A stretch of DNA of 64,000 bases, taken from NCBI GenBank assembly GCA_964658305.1, contig OZ210885.1:20460001-20524000 (forward strand), written 5' to 3'. Each line of letters starts with the position of its first letter. Positions within the stretch are counted from its first letter, which is position 1. The position numbers were made by a program, and so were the translations under genes. This stretch comes from Leptogorgia sarmentosa (Eukaryota). Shown in pieces: positions 1-12,805 of this stretch. The notes under the pieces were generated by a model. The model was not told the origin of the DNA. It made no database searches and worked only from the letters and a program-made list of their open reading frames with translations.

Positions 1-1176
1 TCAAGGCCAGGCCATCTTTTGTAGGAGATTGAGTTAGATACGAACGCACATACACCTCCACCATGTCCAAAGGTTCTATCTTGGTGGATTAGATTGTAAT
101 TGGGAATAGACAGTACTTTATCTTCAATACCACTATGAAGCCAAGTCTCGGAGACAGCCGAAATATCGATGCTTAAGTGGTTTCAATTAGTGCTAATTTC
201 GTCAATTTTAGGTAATAGTGATCTAACGTTTGTAGACAGAAAGTTGGGTAAATGTACTTTTGATCCAGATTCATTAGGGTTAATTGGATTGGTGAAAGGA
301 ATTTTGATTAAGTTAGACATGTTTCTAGATCTGATTGATACACGTGGGTCACAAGGGGGATGAATATTCCGGTTAGTTAAAAGTACGGGGATTTCCTTCT
401 CTGTGTTCGGTCCGCGTTCGAATGATTCGATTTTCTTCAGTGCATTGACATTGTTTGGTGCATGAGAGCGAGATGGTTCATCCATTCCAACGTTCTGGAT
501 TGTATTGGGTACCGAAACCAAGGAAGATGAGTGTGGGTATCGTTGGTAAGTGTTTGTGGGAATGCATTGTATGAAATGTGTGATATCTGGGGATAAGCTA
601 AAATTGGAGGCGGGTTGGGGAAATTTCCTCGAAAATGGTTTTGGACATGGGATACAAATTTGTTACGTGCATGGCTCTCTTTTCTCTCTCGGTATTCACA
701 TAACTGATTCTGGAAAGTTGGGCTTGAGGAATTAACTATAGAGCCAGCAACCACTTCGGTAATTGTTGTGCTGTTATGAATAGAATCATCACCACAGCTG
801 GTCTCGTCAACAGTGATATATTCATGTAAAAAAGAAAAGTTACTGCTTGTGCTAATTATACTTGTCTTATCAGATTCTATTATTGCCAAATCGCTCTGTG
901 TTGCCAATTCTTTTGTGTCAGTGGATGGTAAACAATTCTTTGACTCATCTAATTTATGCGTGTTTACATAATCGTTTTTTTGCGTGGGAGACTGATTTAT
1001 GAAGCCTTCTTTCAATTTAAGCTTGTTTTGAAGAGACACAATAGTGTCATTCAGTTTGGATATCTCAGCATTTCTACCCTTTATTAAAATTGATATGTCT
1101 CCTTCGAGTTGCCTAGTTTTTTCTTTCTCGTTTGCTAGTTCATGCTCCAATCTTTCAACTTCCTCATTTTGTGTTA
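1..1176 (-). mobile_element. CR1/L2-group LINE, 5' part: coiled-coil ORF1 remnant and start of ORF2 APE endonuclease; continues left of the window
   Basis: ORF 183..521 ends in LPNFLSTNVRSLLPKIDEI (APE motif I). A shifted frame gives IPNYNL..DR..GHGGGVCAFV near 40-110. ORF 437..1198 is coiled-coil, and its frame appears to resume at 9606-~9635 across the Academ insertion. Confidence 0.8.
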
Positions 1177-3809
1177 TAGTCCAGCTGTTAACGACCACAA
1201 TTGTTCACTTTGATGATAAAAGCATGAAACTTTGCCACATTACTAACATCCCTAGTACTAATGTTTTTGTCTATGGAGCCAAACGAAATTCACTTATGCT
1301 AACGAGTAATGCGCATGTCATAAAATACTCAACATGGAAACGAGGCTGCTTTAATAACCCTAGTTTGAACCGTTTTTTTGAAGATTTTTTTTCAGAAATT
1401 TTTCTCATTAATATATCAGCCATGTTCTTCACTCTGAAATGTAAAGTATTGTCACGTGACCTATTTCCTGGAAATTAAATTAAATTAGAACCCAGGCTTC
1501 TCACACGCGATTTCAAGATGGCGGCCGTCTTTGGCACTTACAGTCATAAAAGGTAAGACATTTTTAATGTTATCTTAGGGTTTTTTGTTTCTATCTGCAT
1601 TAGTAACTCACGAAATTTTCTACTTCTGTACGAAACGAATAAAGAATCCCCAATTGCCATGTTTTTTTTATCATTCTCTACGTTATTACTAAAACTATTA
1701 CTAAAGATTTTTGAAAATCATGGATTGGGATCTGTGCATTATTTGCCAACAATGTTCCGTTGAAAAATTACAATGTCCTGCAAACTCAAAGCGTAAAGAT
1801 GCTGGTGTTGGCTACACTTCATTTGTTTGCAATCTCAAAGAATTCCAGAAGCTAGAAATTACCCCTGAATGTTTAAATGTGGAACGTCTCGATGAAGGTC
1901 TTGGAATAGAGCAGACTCTTTTGAATAAAAAAGCCTCCTGGCACAAGTCTTGTCGAGACCTTTTCAGCAATACCAAGTTAGAGCGTGCCAAGAAAAGAAA
2001 ATTATCGGCAATAGCAGAGGAAGAGGACAGAGACGATTGTGAACAAATCATAGATGTAAGTAGTTCCAGCCCAATAAAGGCCAGGCGATCTAGTAATGCT
2101 TCAAGTTGTCTGCCAGAAAACCACTGTTTCTTTTGCGATTCTGCAGATAGCACAACAAATCTTCATTCTGCTTCCACACTCGAAGTCGACCGAAAGGTCA
2201 GGGAATGTGCTCATTTGTTGAATGACGGGAAACTTATTTCGAAGATGTCAGTTGGTGATTTGATCGCAGTTGAAGCGAAGTACCATGCGAAGTGCTTAGT
2301 CAGTCTTTATAATCGAGCGAGGCAATTCAAAGCGTCAACCACTGATTCTGTCCCTGAGAGTTCGCCAACTGGTTTAGATGAACTGGCTTTTGCAGAGTTG
2401 ATTGCCTACATCGACGAACAGCTTGAATATGAAGATCTTCCAGTACTCAAGCTTTCCGATATCGTAAAATTTTTCTCATCAAAACAGCAGGAACTCGGAA
2501 TTGAATGAGGAAATGTTAATGCTACAAGACTGAAAGAAAGAGTACTCTCGGCTTTTCCTGACCTCACAGCACATAACCAAGGACGAGAAGTGCTACTGGC
2601 ATTTAAACATGAAATAGGGGGAGTGTTAGAGCAAGCCAAGAATGATTCAGAAGCATGTCATTTGGCTAAAGCTGCAAATATTATAAGAAGAGACATTCTA
2701 CAAATACATAACTGTTTTGACGGTACATTTGCCCCAGAATGTCAAAACGATGCCATCCCGCCTTCCCTTAAAACTTTGATAGGCATGATTATCAAAGGTC
2801 CAACTACCAAGATAGACGCGTTGCCGGTGGGCAGTCAGGCATGTCTGACAATTGCTCAGCTAATCATATTCAACAGCATCGCGCGAAGTCGAAATGAGCA
2901 GAGGCTCTCTGCAATGCAGGTGTGGCTACACAAGGCGTAGCTAATTCATTCCTTGCAGCAAGTCATCTAACTCGAACGCGACGAGCACACCAAGTTACAG
3001 CAGTTAGTCTACACATGCTCATGGTGAAAGGATACGATGAATACACTCTTAATGTTGAAGAAAATGATCAGCTCAAATCTTTTCATGAATGGAGAGAAGA
3101 GATGTCGGAGAAATGTCCGCAGTTTTTGTATTGGTCTGGAGTATTGGAGTTGCAGCTCTGCGTTTTTCAGCTTGTGAGAGCGTTTAGAGAAGCCAACTTT
3201 ACCCTGTACGTCAACGCCATCAAGCAGATTTTACCATGGATGTTTGCCATGGACCATCCCAACTATGCCAGATGGCTATCTGTCCATTATCGAGATATGT
3301 GCGAGCTTGCAGTCCGACATCCAGAGGTCTATACACAATTCGTGAGAGGTTTTTTTGTAGTTCATAAGACGAGGAGGTCGTTTTCTTCCATAGCACTGGA
3401 CCATGCACACGAACAAGTTAATGCCATAGTCAAAGGCGACGGAGGTGCTGTTAGACTCACCGAAAACCCTGCAGCCCTCAGAAGATGGATGGTCGCAGGA
3501 CCAGAGGTAACAAGAATGGTGGAGGAATTTGAATGTAACGTCTATAATTCTGATTCACGCAACCACCATGAGCAGACACCAGGCGTCCAGAGCGTGTTCG
3601 CCAAGTTGTTTTGAATGTGATCGGTTCCTTTGAAGAATTAGGAAATCCATTTATGGAACAGGGCGAGGAGCTCATAGCAATCCACACAAAGGACATCATG
3701 AGTAATGATGTTGTCAACACCGTGCGCAACGTGAAAAAGATTGGAATGGAGCAGTTCCAAACCTTCGTGAAAGAGCGGTTTACCGACCGGAGTACGCCAA
3801 TTACAGAGC

Positions 3810-3875
3810 CTCTGAAGAAAAATAAACTGCCTACATTCAACACTCTGAAGAAAAATAAACTGCCTACATTCAACA
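3810..3875 (+). repeat. Perfect 33-bp in-frame tandem duplication in the Academ ORF
   Basis: ctctgaagaaaaataaactgcctacattcaaca x2, encoding LKKNKLPTFNT twice. Confidence 0.95.
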
Positions 3876-4500
3876 CTCCAAACACTAAGGTCATGTCGAA
3901 AACTAAAGCCAAAGTAGCGGTCTTGAAGGAGGACTGTGCTCTGTTTTCTAGGCTTTACATAGCTTGTCAAAGCCGAGATGGAAATCTGCAGGATTTTTTC
4001 AAGTTCGAAAACCAGCCGTGGCCTATATCACTCTCTCAAGCGGGCAATCTCAGAGGAGGGCAGAAGGCAGATCTGGTGAAATGCTTGCACGACACTACAA
4101 CACAGACTGTGGAACAACCAACCGTGGATGCAATCATTCTTGACGGAGCCGTCATTGTCCAGATGTTAAAACCACAAATGGCACAAACATTTGAGGAGTA
4201 CTTCAATACTGTGTTCGCCCCGTATATCCTGAGACAACTTGATGCAGTGAACCGAGTCGACCTAGTGTGGGATGTGTATCGAGAAGATACATTGAAGAGA
4301 TCTGCTCGGAAAAAGAGAGGCAGTAGACTACGACGGAAAGTTCTTCCTACAACGCGAATCCCCTCAGACTGGAAAGGATTTATGCGTGTTGATGACAACA
4401 AGGATAAACTTTTCAAGCTTCTTGCTAACATGGTAATAATAATAGTAGTGGTAATATATTTAAATACAGTGCTACATGTTATGTAGAAATGGATGTTTAA

Positions 4501-4585
4501 CCCTGTAACGCCTGTATTAAAACTTTAGTATTTTACTCACCAGCTAACACCAGATGATTTTATTCGTCAAATGGACGCTAGAGGG
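4501..4585. mobile_element. piggyBac-like mini-MITE in the Academ intron
   Basis: TTAA|CCCTGTAACGCC ... GGACGCTAGAGGG|TTAG: CCC/GGG termini, TTAA-like flanks, imperfect 12-bp TIR. Confidence 0.55.
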
Positions 4586-5715
4586 TTAGCAAATACGGGT
4601 AAAACAAATGGGGGTAAAACACAGTACAGGATAATTGATTGAACAATATTTTAATACCATCATCTTATTAATCATTTTAGGTGGTTTCACTGACGATCCC
4701 TGATGGCAAGGAGATCTACACCACACATGGCGAACATGTCCTGTCTTCTGCCAACCGAGTCGAAATGAAGGCTCGAACCATGCTCCCATGAAGAGGCAGA
4801 TACTCGCTTAATGTTACATGCGTTGGATGCTACCATGTGCGGCCATCGTCGAATACAGATCAGAAGCAATGATACCGATGTAGTTGTGTTAGCAAATTTC
4901 AGTAGCTAGCAGTATTTCCATTGATGAGCTATGGGTCGCATACGGCACCGGAAAGCATCTACGCAACATTCCTGCACATTCCATAGCCGCGTCGCTAGGT
5001 CGAGAGAAAGCGTCAGCACTACCGATGTTTCACTCCTTAACTGGATGCGACACAGTATCATTTTTTTGTGGACGAGGAAAGAAGACCGCTTGGGATGTAT
5101 GGAACGTTTTTCCCGAACTGACACCGGTAATCGAAGTGCTGGCAGCATCACCTGCAGACATCAACGAAGAGTGCATGGCAACAATAGAGATGTTTGTGGA
5201 TCGAACAAGCAGCCTGAAAAGTGTAAACGAAGTGAGGCAAGAGCTATTCTCAAAGAAGTCAAGAAGTCTAGATAGTATTCCACCCACTCGAGCAGCGCTT
5301 TTACAACACGCAAAGAGAGCAGTATTTCAAGGTGGATACATATGGTCTCAGACTCTTGTGAAGAGTCCAGTATTACCTTCTCCTGCTGACTGGGGGTGGC
5401 AGCGTGACGGCAGTTCCTGGGTGCCATACTGGACGACACTTCCACAAGCGAAGGATACTTGCTACGAACTTATTCGATGCGGTTGTAAAACCGCGTGTAG
5501 AGGACGTTGCAATTGCATGAAAGCTAATTTGGCATGTACAGGTTTGTGCAATTGTGGCGGCAATTGTAAGGAGAAATTGTGAGCAAATATAGTCTTGGGA
5601 TGGCTAAAAAGGCGAGCCAAAAGCACCCTTCTATTTTCTATGAGAACTATTAGGGTTAGAGAAAGAGTTAAAAGTATGAGCATTCAGATTATCGAGTTTT
5701 ATGAATGGTTTTTTG

Positions 5716-6231
5716 CAGTGGTGGAAATTTCGGGGGGGGGGGCAATTGCCCCCCACCTCTCGTCGAATTGCCAATTTGTCGGAAATTTTCATTTTATTGT
5801 AAGTTCGGAAAACACACGAGTTATTCCGATAAAACAGTTATTATATCAAAATTTCCGACAAATTGATTGGAATTTTTGTTGAGAACGTAACCTTTTAAGG
5901 CCGAAACACATCGAACGCGATTCAGCACGAATTTTTTCAAGTTTCAAAAGCGAGTAGATCCACCTACAAAGAAAACTTTAGTAGATTAAAGTAGGTGATC
6001 GTGAGCCTAGCAGTCAGAAAGTTAGAAAATTTTTGATAAAATTTTATCCAGAGCATATTGAAAAAGGGGTTATTGCGTTGCATATTGAATCGCGTCCTCT
6101 ATATATTGGCCTCTATATAAAGTGGCTTTCGTAAAGCAATATGCAATCGTAAACCTAGCAAAACGATGTAATTTTGTCGGAAATTCGTGAAGCTTTGCCT
6201 CTCCACCTCGGAAACTGAATTTCCGCCACTG
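5716..6231. mobile_element. hAT-like MITE
   Basis: TIR CAGTGGTGGAAATT / AATTTCCGCCACTG; perfect 8-bp TSD GTTTTTTG (5708-5715, 6232-6239); non-coding. Confidence 0.88.
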
Positions 6232-6964
6232 GTTTTTTGGTCACTTTTTTAGCCATTTCGCGAATATTGTACAGTGGAATATTAAAGTCGGATATAAAAC
6301 TTAGATATCAGTTCAGTCATGTTTAATGCTGCCCACTATTGTTGTAAATGGCATTAAAGTCAATTAATGAACTTGATAATGGTATGATGTCTAGAGTGCT
6401 TACGCAAAGGGAAAAGAACAGATTGCTGATCAATGAATTTGACAGAGAGACCGCAAAAGAGATAGTTACGTGCAAATATAACTATGTATAGTATATGTTG
6501 TATTATTTTCATATGACAAATTTGCTTCTTTTTACCGATTTGTCTCTTTTTTTTCATTTGCAACATTTCAGCGCATGTGCAGTGGTGAGCAATATAGTAA
6601 CTTGTAGCTGTTTTGCCATTGTCTTATATTTTTACTTTGGAATGCTCCTAAAATATTTAAAGCACCAAATTTGATCTTAAAAAAATTAAAACCACGCATT
6701 TTCAAGCTTGCCACAGTATCCCAGGCATGCACTACGTGTATTTCTTTAATTTCCAGGAAATAGGTCACGTGACAATACTTTACATTTCAGAGTGAAGAAC
6801 ATGGCTGATATATTAATATGAGAAAAATTTCGGGGAAAAAAACGGCCCAAATTAGGGTTATTAAAGCAGCCTCGTTTCCATGTTGAGTATTTTATGACAT
6901 GCGCATTACTCGTTAGCATAAGTGAATTTCGTTTGGCTCCATATCCAAAGATGTTAGTACTTAA

Positions 6965-9514
6965 GAGACTGTCTCCATAAAAACCACCTACTCACTTTCG
7001 CGTTGAAATTTTTTTCCCTTCATATTTCTCTCATTTATTAGCCATTATTGGTGGGTAATAAATATGTATTCAGATTTGGGATTCTTATATTATTTTTCAT
7101 TTTTTGCTATATTTTCTACTTTGTGTCTACTATGGCTATTTTTAGACAGTTTCAGACGTAAAATTATCCATTTTCAAAGAAACTCCAGATATGCGTACAA
7201 CATAATTCGATTCATATTTTGGGTTTATGTGAAAGAATTATATCTCTGCAAAAATTTGAGGGCAATGAGTTGTATATGTTATAGAAATTTAAATATTTTT
7301 TTTCATTTTTTCTAACGGCAATTCCGCCATGCTGACAAAATTTCAAAAATAAACATTATTCAACTTTGTTTTTTTCAGAAGTGCAACCAGTTATACACCT
7401 AGACTAAACTTAAAATTAAACTACCAATATTGATCTAAAATTCCATGAAAAATCTTTTTTGGGGTCACAAACCGATGCGCTCTAAATTTCAATGAAATAT
7501 TTGCAAATTTGACGCGGCATTAATTTAGTACTTAGAAACTATCGGTCTCACTATGACATTGAACAAACAACTTAAATCATATGTTTAAAACATTTTATCA
7601 TGTCTATTTGGTATTTGCAAAGAAAAATAACAATATTTCATGCATGCAGCTCTTTTCCTTTCCTAGCAGTCTTTTGAAATAGATAAAACGAGCGTTCCCG
7701 ATCATGGTATAATTGCAATCACGAAAATCATTCTATATAATTTTCGATATATTTATCAAACTTTATCAAATATATTTATTGTTGTAGTTTATTTAGCATA
7801 AGCAGTCACTCTTGTGAACATAAAATAACATTCAAACATTGTCAATTGGCAAAGAAACATTGAATTTACAGTCGATAGAAAGGCGGGTTTTCCCCTAAGG
7901 TATCAATGTGATGTGGCTATATTTTTAGACTGGGAGTCATGTTCATTACATCATTCCCTTTTTAAAACCGCATCCATAATTGTATAAATATAACGTACAT
8001 ACTGATTTCAAGTTAAACCATTAACTTTACAACTGTTATGGACTTGGCTTGTTTCCTATCCGATTATTTTAGTTATCCATGTGGAAATTTCCGGGGAAAA
8101 TCTGACTGTGCACTGTACTTAGACTAAGTATAACTGGCGGCGTATATGAACTCTCCCTTACTTCGTTCAATGTAGTTTGTATTTTCTTTAAATTTATAAA
8201 AATATGATTCGATTATGAGTTAGTGTCCTTATATATACATATATTAAGAATATAATTTTCTTTTCACATTAATTATTATATAACTACAATAAAATCAAAG
8301 TCAAAGACACTCGCGCAAACAATTGAGGCTAAACCATTTTGAAGCCATCCATCTGAAAACTCGGTCAAAATTATCACCGAAATTTGGTCAAAGCATCAGG
8401 ATTCCCCACTACCCCCCTCAATCCCCCCCCCTCAACCCCCCCCTCCCCCCCGAACTCCTAATGTCGATCAGTTCGCGACGTCTCCGATTATTGTGGTTGC
8501 AATTATACCATGATCGGGCACGCTTGTTTTTATCTATTTCAAAAGATTGCTACGAAAAGAAAATAGCCACAGCACACTTGATACCTCAGGGGAAAACCCG
8601 CCTTTCTATCGACTGTAAAATCAATGTTTCTTTGCCAATTGACAATGGTTGAATGTTATTTTATGTTCACAAGAGTGACTGCTTATGCTGAATAAACTAC
8701 AACAAATATATTTGATAAAGTTTGATGAATATATCGAAAATTATATAGAATGATTTTCGTGATTGCAATTATACCCATGATCGGGAACGCTCGTTTTATC
8801 TATTTCAAAAGACTGCTTGGAAAGGAAAAGAGCTGCATGCATGAATATTGTTGTTTTTTTTTGCAAATACCAAATAGACATGATAAAATGTTTTAAACAT
8901 ATGATTTAAGTTGTTTGTTCAATGTCATAGTGAGACGATAGTTTCTAAGTACTAATTAATGCCGCGTCAAATTTGCAAATATTTCATTGAAATTTAGAGC
9001 GCATCGGTTTGTGTCCCCAAAAAAGATTTTTCATGGAATTTTAGATCAATATTGGTAGTTTAATTTTAAGTTTAGTCTAGGTGTATAACTGGTTGCACTT
9101 TTGAAAAAAACAAAGTTGAATAATGGTTATATTTGCAATTTTGTCAGCATGTCGGAATTGCCGTTAGAAATAATGAAAAAAAATATTTAAACTCCAATAA
9201 CATACACGACTCATTGCCCTCAAATTTTTGCAGAGATATAATTCTTTCACATAAACCCAAAATATGAATCAAATTATGTTGTACGCATATCTGGAGTTTC
9301 TTTGAAAATGGATAATTTTACGTCTGAAACTGTCTAAAAATAGCCATAGTAGACACAAAGTAGAAAATGTAGCAAAAAATGAAAAATAATGTAAGAATCC
9401 CAAATCTGAATACATATTTATTACCGACCAATAAAGGCTAATAAATGAGAGAAATATGAAGGGAAAAAAATTTCAACGCGAAAGTGAGTAGGTGGTTTTT
9501 ATGGAGACGGCCTC
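6965..9514. mobile_element. Non-autonomous foldback element with ~940-bp TIRs and TTAA TSD (Kolobok-like)
   Basis: TTAA|GAGACTGTCTCC (6961-6964) ... GGAGACGGCCTC|TTAA (9515-9518). Arms 6965-~7906 and ~8578-9514 are near-perfect reverse complements. Purine-purine termini with TTAA fit Kolobok better than piggyBac. Confidence 0.85.
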
Positions 9515-9635
9515 TTAAGATGTTAGTAATGTGGCAAAGTTTCATGCTTTTATCATCAAAGTGAACAATTCAGCATTTTTTTGGTCGTTAACAGCTGGAC
9601 TATTATATTGGCCTCGTGTGTGAGCACCACTTTCG

Positions 9636-11488
9636 GCAAAGCACCACTTTCAGCATGTGGAAAAGAAAAACTTCGAGTTACGTTGGAAGCTACAAGATTG
9701 GAGAATAAGCAGCTTCATGAACAGTTGAAAATCTTGCAAGATAAGATTGAAAGGGATGGGGTTGCAATCAGTGATAAACTCGAGACAGACTTACTCAAAA
9801 ATAATGAGTGGGCAAAATCTAGAGGCCACACCTCATATGAAATTTTTTTGGCAACAGCAAATGGCTCTCCTCCAGTCGAAGAAGATGGGCAGAACATATC
9901 ACCCACAGGTGATTAGATTTGCTCTTTCCATTCATGGCAAATCACCAGCTGCCTACAGGGAACTTAGAGATAGCGGAGCCCTTGTACTTCCCAGTGAGCG
10001 AGCCTTGAAGGATTACAACAATTATTTTAAGCCGAAAGCAGGGATCAATATAGAGAACATAGAATGCCTAAGAGAAAAAACCCAATCTTTTTCTGAAGTA
10101 CAAAGATATGTGGCTCTGGTAATGGATGAAATGAAGATCCAATCCAATCTTGTCTTCGATAAATACTCAGGGGATCTAATCGGTTTTATTGATCTTGGGG
10201 ATCCAATTATCAACTTTGCATGTGTGGAAGAAGAAACCTTGGCTACTCATGCTCTGGCATTCCTAGTAAGAGGAATGTGTACCGACTTGAAGCACATCAT
10301 TTCATATTACTTGACTGGAGACCTGACATCGTTCCAATTGATGCCACTGTTTTGGCAAGTGGTATCTGTGTTAGAGCTATCGTTGCAGTTATATGTGTGT
10401 GCAGCTGTGAATGACGGTGCTTCGCCCAACTTACATATCAATCTGGCAAAAGATTTGAAGTGTGATGTTGTTTACAAGACACCCAATGTCTTTGCAACAT
10501 CACGCTTCATTTATTTCTTTGCTGACTCCCCCCATCTGATGAAGACAGCTCGAAACTGCCTCTACAACTCGGGGTCTGGGTCTCGCAGTCCTATCTGTTT
10601 TACAGCGACCAGGAATTTGCTCTCCACACCCTCCCTCAACTGACGTTGGACCACATTATGCTGACATCATACAGCAAGATGAAGGTGAAGTTGGCAGCAC
10701 AGGTAATACATGCACATTAATTAAGCTGTAATGTGCCCCATTTTGTTTGTATGCCCTAACTAATGCCACAATTAACTTTACTGACTGACGAACATACTGT
10801 ACACCAGACAAGGGGAAAGTCGTGTGCACTAATGGTTAAATGTAGTTTTTTGTCTATATCTATATAGGTTCTCAGTAAGTCTGTGATGATAGCCCTTCAG
10901 GAAAGCGAGAAAGAAGAAGTCGTGGAAACTGCAAAGTTTTGTGGCATGATGAATGATTTCTTTGACTGCACTGATGTTCGGTCAACCGCTGAACATATCA
11001 GGAAAAGAAATCCATTCATCAGGCCATATACATCATCTGAAGATGAACGGTTTTCTTGGTTGCTTGAAACGTTTATCAAGTACCTTGATGATTGGAAGGT
11101 GAGTGTCTCAACACGTCCTGGTGAATTTTCTGAAGACAGCAGAGGCAAGATGTTTTTGTCATTGCAGACATACGAGGGGCTTAAGATCTCAGCTTTTTCC
11201 CATGTCGAAGCAATCAAATTTCTCTTGGAGCAAGGATTCCATTATGTCTTGTCTGAGAGATTCATGCAAGATGTGCTGGAGGATTACTTTGGTCATCAAG
11301 GCAGCAAAGGAGGAAGATCGGACAACCCGACAGACCAACAGTTTGGCTACAATGACCTTACAATTGCAGCTCAAAGAGACATTGTACCAGTGATTCGGGG
11401 AAATGTTGGGGGGAGATATGAAAAGCAAAAGTGGTATAAAGTCAGTGATGAACCAGTGCACAAGCGGAAAAAGTTTACTAAACAATGA
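9636..11488 (+). pseudogene. P-element/THAP9-like transposase, frameshifted, without C-terminal domain
   Basis: Motifs SPAAYRELR..LVLPS, MDEMKIQ (D1), NDGAS (D2), DSPHLMKTARN, MKVKLAAQ|VLS across GT-AG intron 10703-10867, and FMQDVLEDYFG (E). Frameshifts near 9800 and 10590. Confidence 0.9.
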
Positions 11489-11589
11489 TAATCTGATGTC
11501 TTTGATGACGATAGATGATACTGAATTTTCAAATTATACAGAACTATATTATATACAGAGAAATATTTACAATTGTAAAGATGACAGCA

Positions 11590-12805
11590 TCACTTTCTCT
11601 TTAAATCTGTCCTTAAGGCTTTCTTTTTTAGCTGCTTTGCTTTTATATTATATTTAGTTATAAAATCTCTAGCATACGGAAATGAACTAACTCTTATATA
11701 CAGTTTAATGATATTTTGCAAGCACAGTTTCTGTGTGGAACTGGACAGTTGACCTTCTGTTGACACAATATTATCCCACAAGGATTTAACAATGGGTGAG
11801 TTTAGTGTTAAGTTTACTATTGTTTCAAGAGGAATATTTCTCAGAACTACATCATTTTGGTCAACATGTTTCCTGAAACAAATTTCTGCAATTTCTACAA
11901 TCTTTACCAAGTCCCTGCAAGGTGTAACAAGGCCGCCTCTAGTTCTAGCAGAAATGTAGTTTTTTGGCTTTGAACTTTGTAATAATTTCTGTAGCTCCTG
12001 GCTGTTTTCTCCTTTCTTGGTTCTACTGAATTGGTAGAGCTTCGCAATTACATACCCTGTAACATAAGTGAGAGGAGGTCCATACTCTGCTGGGTCAAGT
12101 TGTGCCTGTTCCTTTGGTATGCTTTCAGCCAAGGATTTACTTCTGTTATAAACATTTATTAAACGTTCTGGGAGATGAATCATTATTAAGTTGGCTATTC
12201 TGTAATTTTTACAAGACAGTAGTTCACATGAGCGTGGGATTAAATCATAAAATAATTCCAAAAGCTTGTCTTGATTCTTCTTTCTACAGAATGATTGGCA
12301 GCAAAGCAGGGAAACAAAGCTTGAGTAGAACATACTGTGTCCAATCCTGAAATTATTTCTGCACCATAAAGTTTCTCCTCTACAATCGTGTCTTGATTGC
12401 TTTGACAAAAGAATCAACATCGTCTTTACAAAGGTTAGGATGACTTCCTGAGGACCCCTCAGAGTGTTTTGAGTTCGTATGTCGTGTCAAACCATCTTTC
12501 GACTTGCAAACTTTGTCGCATAAACTACAAGGAAAGGATTTCTCACCATCAATTTCCTTCAGTGCATCAGAAAACTCTGAAGTCATCTCATCCGTTTCAG
12601 CCTCGGTAATAGCCACAGATACCTCAAAGTTAAATGAATCGTCATAATGATGGTATGGCCACTCAGAATACGCCATAGAATCGTTTTCGTGTTCGCCTTC
12701 ATTTCCCGGTTGTAAACTACGTTCATTCTCGTCAATACTTGTTTCACCGATCTCAAATTCTTCCGGCAGCTCTTCTGCTTCGATATCGCCCTCCATTACA
12801 GTCAA
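11590..12805 (-). pseudogene. Convergent accessory gene: acidic N-terminus, C2H2 zinc finger and P-transposase-CTD-like domain
   Basis: ORF 12380..12805 (CSLCDKVCKSKDGLTRHTNSKH) and ORF 11590..12420 (YVTGYVIAKL...YISARTRGGLVTPC...KKKALRTDL) joined by frameshifts; true start may lie nearer 12950. Confidence 0.7.

Larger units (their letters stand above)
1518..5582 (+). pseudogene. Academ transposase / XPG-like nuclease / Cys8 finger gene, disrupted
   Basis: Predicted exon 1518-1552 and introns 1553-1706 and 4433-4680 (GT..AG, frame-preserving). Motifs LCIICQ, KYHAKC, LDHAHEQ.N, HEEADTR, NDTDVVV, FHSLTGCDTVSFFCGRGKKTAW, CGCKTACRGRCNCMKANLACTGLCNC. Stop at 2506, several frameshifts, probable deletion near 2895. 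Confidence 0.85.
1177..9602 (+). mobile_element. Academ-superfamily (AcademX type) DNA transposon, defective
   Basis: Termini TAGTCCAGCTGTTAACGACC (1177) and GGTCGTTAACAGCTGGACTA (9602), with 3-bp TSD TTA (1174-1176 / 9603-9605). TIRs are ~300 bp (1177-~1479 vs ~6748-6964 plus 9519-9602). Protein has an XPG-like nuclease and C-terminal Cys8 cluster, as described for AcademX. Confidence 0.88.

Noticed and set aside
437..1198. Shared N-terminus MVVNSWTI of ORFs 437..1198 and 9581..9916
   Set aside because: Both frames begin inside the Academ TIRs and read outward; an artefact of the inverted repeat.
1812..5445. Antisense and alternate-frame ORFs over the Academ gene (likewise over BEL, Helitron and Gypsy)
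   Set aside because: Shadow ORFs of real coding strands with no independent motifs.
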